Positions 60,355 to 64,000 of a DNA stretch of 64,000 nt are shown piece after piece. The translations under genes and the position numbers were made by a program. The stretch comes from Octopus vulgaris (taxonomy: Eukaryota): assembly GCA_951406725.2 (NCBI GenBank), contig OX597814.1, positions 102,548,001 through 102,612,000 on the forward strand, in the 5' to 3' direction. The notes beneath the pieces are model-generated. The model saw only the letters and a program-made list of their open reading frames with translations. It was not told the origin of the DNA and ran no database searches. The first letter of the stretch is position 1, and every line of letters begins with the position of its first letter.

Positions 60355-60810
60355 GAGGTAGCGAACTGGCAGAGTTGTTACAGCGTAGGATAAAAATACT
60401 TAAAATTTTGATGGAGAAGAGATTAGATGATGCCATCGACCCCCAGTGGAATGAAGTGCTAAGTTGACCTCGGCGGAATTTTAAATCAGAATGTAAAAAG
60501 CCGGAATAAATCCAGCTTTGTATTTGTTCGACTCTAACGATTATGCCAGATCTCTTTCGGGGTCTATAAAATAAGAACTAGTTAAGCACTAAGGGCAAGG
60601 CAATCGACCTATCCGCTCCCCCACACTTGCTGGCTTTGTGCTAAAATTTGAAACCATTATTATTATTATCAGTGTTAAGGTAGCGAGCTAGCAGAATCGT
60701 TAGCGCGCCAGACCTACAGGCAAAATGCCCAGTGAAATTTCGTCCATCTTTAGGTTTTGAGTTCAAATTCTGCTGAGGTCGACTTTCATCCTTTCGGGTT
60801 CGATGAATTA
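60355..60810. mobile_element. Nested family C SINE pieces in both orientations
   Basis: Plus head at 60355, minus piece at ~60430-60550, plus tail at 60555-60670 with (ATT)n, then a new plus head at 60677-60810 cut at TA by the maT element. Confidence 0.65.
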
Positions 60811-61440
60811 CAGGGTGATCGGACTAAATTTGACGATATTTATATGTAATCTTTTTTCAGGAACAGCTTGTGTATTGGTAAACAGTCAACTGCGTTGGAG
60901 AATATAAAGATTACAGCTGTAGTTGAGAAAGAGTTAACTGATATGGAGGACTGGAAGCCATCTGGATATTGGAAAAGAGTTAGCTGTACCATGATGATTC
61001 TATATCATGACTGCAGCTCAATGCTCTGTGAACACTGTAAAGGCTATAAAGTGTGACAAGGGCATCATGAAAACCAAGTTTCCCCAAACTGTGATGGTCT
61101 TTGCTTGTGGATCCAGTGAGGGTTACATCATGCCATCCCACAGTTTTGAACAGTCATAGGCTCAATTTAGATGGCTATGTAAAACTGCTGGAGACCGTGG
61201 TCTATCCCTGGCTAAATAGGGTTGTTGCTGTTGTGGCAACAGGGTTCGGGCCCCTGCCATACCAGCGGAAGGAGTCAGAAGTGGTTGTCGGAGAATTTTT
61301 ACTACTTCACCAGACCCAATTTCTGGTTTTCCTAATTCCTCTGATTGTAATCCCATGGATTACTATTTCTGGGGTGCGGTTGAGAAAGACGCCAAGGTCG
61401 AGCTGGTAGCTAAGATCAAGATGTTCGAAGATCTTCGCCA
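60811..61440 (+). mobile_element. Decayed Tc1/mariner-superfamily transposon, maT (DD37D)-like
   Basis: TA|CAGGGTGATCGG left end. Relics KFPQTVMVFAC, YVKLLETVVYPWL, WQQGSGPCHTS..SQKWL, PNSSDCNPMDYYFWGAVE (SPDxNPxDY motif). Right TIR not found. Confidence 0.75.
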
Positions 61441-61664
61441 ATCCACCCAAAAAGATGACAACGACGACGATTATGAAGAGGGGGATGATAATGATGATGA
61501 TGAGGAGGAGGAGGGACAGAGGGAAGAAGACAATGAAAGCAGTGGTGAGTGATGGTGATGATGCCAATGATGATGAAGCGAATGAGAATGGAGGAAGAAA
61601 ATGGCGACAAGGTTAAGGAAATGAAGGTAGAAGAAAAGAGAACGGACGGAGGGAAAGAAAGAGA

Positions 61665-61666
61665 AA

Positions 61667-61706
<40 letters not shown>

Positions 61707-61880
61707 GTGATGGTGATGATGATGATAATGGTGATGGTGATGGTGATGATGATGATGATGACGACGACGACGATGATGACGACGGTGATGACGACGGTGA
61801 TGACGACGATGATGATGAGTTGATGATGGTTACGACGACGATGATAAAGGCAATGGCAACGACGACGACGATTATGGTAA
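61665..61880. repeat. (GAT/GGT/GAC)n trinucleotide array
   Basis: Read directly from the sequence. Confidence 0.95.
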
Positions 61881-62471
61881 TGAAGGGCTGGAGAAGGCGG
61901 ATGATAAAATGGTTAGTTAAAACTAGTGGAGTGGGGTTCTTTTGAGATAAAGTGAGATCTCATCACCATTTTCCACCACCACCACCACCACCCCGTAACG
62001 TTCGCCATCAATTCAGTGCAGGATGGCGACAGGTTAGGTGTTTGTTTATTTATCAAAAGAATACCCACCCATCCACCTACCTACCGTCAAATATAAATCA
62101 AAGAGTGGCTTGGGTAGGTGATACGGTATGTCATCCATTCATTAATAATACATCACTTCATTTTACCAACATCCTTCATGTGTTTAACAATTTGTCGTTG
62201 AATTATTTACGCAGCTTGTTAATTAATCCATCCATCTACGTACACTCTTACCTTCGTCTGCATCCATTCATACCATTTTCCTCTTACACACACACACACA
62301 CACACACTCGAATATTTACATATATATACATACACATTGATGCAAGAACATAAAGGTAATTGTGTTGATTACATTGGTCACAGTTAGTCATCTATCTGAA
62401 GCGCTGTTTTTCTTTTGCTTTTCTTTTCCTTTAGTTTTACTTTTTTTTTCCTTTCATCTCTGCGCACACTT

Positions 62472-63045
62472 TGTATGTATGTATGTATGTATGTGTGTAT
62501 GTAATGTATGTATGTATGTATGTATGTATGTATGCATGTATGTATGTATGTATGTATGTATGTATGTATGTATGTATGTATGTGTGTATGTGTGTGTGTG
62601 TATGTGTGTATGTTTGTGTATATGTGTGTGTGTATGTATGTATGTATGTGTGTATGTATGTATGTATGTATGTGTGTATGTATGTATGTATGTATATATG
62701 TATGTATGTATGTATGTATGTGTGTATGTGTGTATGTATGTGTGTATGTATGCATGCATGTATGTATGTGTGTGTATATGTATGTATGTATGTGTGTGTA
62801 TATGTATGTATGTATGTACGTGTGCATAAACTATGTATTCTTTTACTATTCTGTATTCCGTATGCTCTATGTAAATATGTGTGTGTATGTGTGTATGGAT
62901 GTGTATGTGTGTATATTCTTACCTTCATAAATATATATAGTTGCATGTATGTATGTATGTATGTATGTATGTATGTATGTATGTATGTATGTATGTATGT
63001 ATGTATGTATGTATGTACGTATATATGTATTATGTATGTATTGTA
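62472..63045. repeat. Long (TATG)n/(TG)n microsatellite field
   Basis: Read directly from the sequence. It is the source of the spurious MYVC/HTYI ORFs. Confidence 0.97.
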
Positions 63046-63061
63046 TGTGGGTGTATATATA

Positions 63062-63277
63062 CGAGGGGGTGCTGAAAAGTTCCTGGCTTTAAGGGTGTTG
63101 CGAAAGGCCTGATTGGAGACCCAACCTTCCGAGTTCTTTTAACGGGCTTTGAAAAACTGAAGGACCGTTGCAATAAGTGTGTGAATCTGAGAGAGGACTA
63201 TGTTGAATTAAATCATAATTAACTGATCCTCTGTATTTTCTTTTACTCGTAGCCAGGAACTTTACAGCACTCCCTCC
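63062..63277 (+). mobile_element. Mariner-derived MITE (~215 bp)
   Basis: TA|CGAGGGGGTGCTGAAAAGTTCCTGGCT ... AGCCAGGAACTTTACAGCACTCCCTCC|TA. Retains the transposase C-terminus KLKDRCNKCVNLREDYVE. Confidence 0.88.
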
Positions 63278-63464
63278 TAATATATGTGTGCAATGTGCAT
63301 ACATACATTAGATGTGTGGCAGTGTGTATGTAGATGCGTGTATTAGAGCAGTCACCCCAGAAGCTATACCTCACTATAACCGAGGATCTTGCCTGGTGAA
63401 AGTACACCCTTAAAATAGCTAGAACCGCATCCTAAAGCCTGGCCCTTCTCTTCAGGGCCAGGAA

Positions 63465-63683
63465 ACATTGGTTTCAATTTTTGGCACCAGGCCAGCAATT
63501 TTGAGGGCGAGAGGGAATTAATTACATCGACCCCAGTGCTCAACTGGTACTTATTTTATCGACCACGAAACGATAAAAGGCGAAATGGACCACTGCGGAA
63601 TTTGAATTCAAAACATAAAGACGGGTGAAATGCCACTGATCATTTTGCCCGGCATGCTAACGATTCTGCCAGCTCGCCACCTT
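63465..63683 (-). mobile_element. Full-length family C SINE with ~11-bp target-site duplication
   Basis: AGGGCCAGGAA (63454-63464) / AGGGTCAGGAA (63684-63694) flank a complete copy. Confidence 0.88.
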
Positions 63684-64000
63684 AGGGTCAGGAATTATTA
63701 CATCCCTCAATAGTTTACTGACAATGTCTCTCTACAAGGTTCGGTGAGGCTCACAGTATTGCTCCCACATCTGAAATTGTGCAGCTACAACGAACACAGA
63801 TATTCTGAACCGCTGCACCCAAAGAAGGGTTTCTCGACTAATTGGTATTCAACCACTTAGGGACACGCTACTGTCTCCTCTCTTGTATTTTCTGTAATGG
63901 TCTCTGATCTTCGGAGCTAGACAGTCTCGTACGTCCACTACTTAGACACCCTGACCAGTTCATCTTTTCACGTCTTACCATTCTTGGTGCATCCAATACC

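Noticed and set aside
61355-61552. Acidic-tail protein ORF
   Set aside because: It is a chance fusion of a maT transposase relic with GAT/GAG repeats.
62362-63112. Long ORFs (MYVC/HTYI repeats)
   Set aside because: They are translations of (TATG)n microsatellite.

Overview
This is AT-rich eukaryotic (animal) genomic DNA, not prokaryotic: no operons, rRNA, real tRNA genes or CRISPR arrays are visible. The repeat landscape (tRNA-headed SINEs with (GAT)n or (ATT)n tails, dense TA/CA/CT/TATG microsatellites) resembles an octopus/coleoid cephalopod genome; this is recognition from memory, not a database result. Only one host coding segment is convincing: a 395-codon terminal exon (30396-31583) encoding an N-terminal coiled coil and a Ser-rich disordered tail, with a candidate 18-nt microexon upstream. 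The rest is intronic or intergenic sequence packed with nested mobile elements. These include at least five SINE families, two TTAA-flanked MITE families, mariner, maT and Tc2-like DNA transposon relics, two non-autonomous Helitrons, 5'-truncated RTE and Tx1/L1 LINEs, and a nearly intact 3' half of a Penelope-like (RT + GIY-YIG) retroelement. The most interesting observations are: (1) minimal hammerhead-ribozyme motifs in Penelope-type terminal repeats that all sit in or next to TA/CA microsatellites, one with a non-canonical CUGUCGA core; (2) a mariner built from two left ends joined as an inverted pair; (3) perfect locally generated hairpins 3.6-4.3 kb downstream of the gene; (4) an (AAT)n insertion hotspot. 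I cannot claim a new biological system with confidence. Repeat family letters (A-G) are my own working labels, and boundaries of decayed repeats are approximate.
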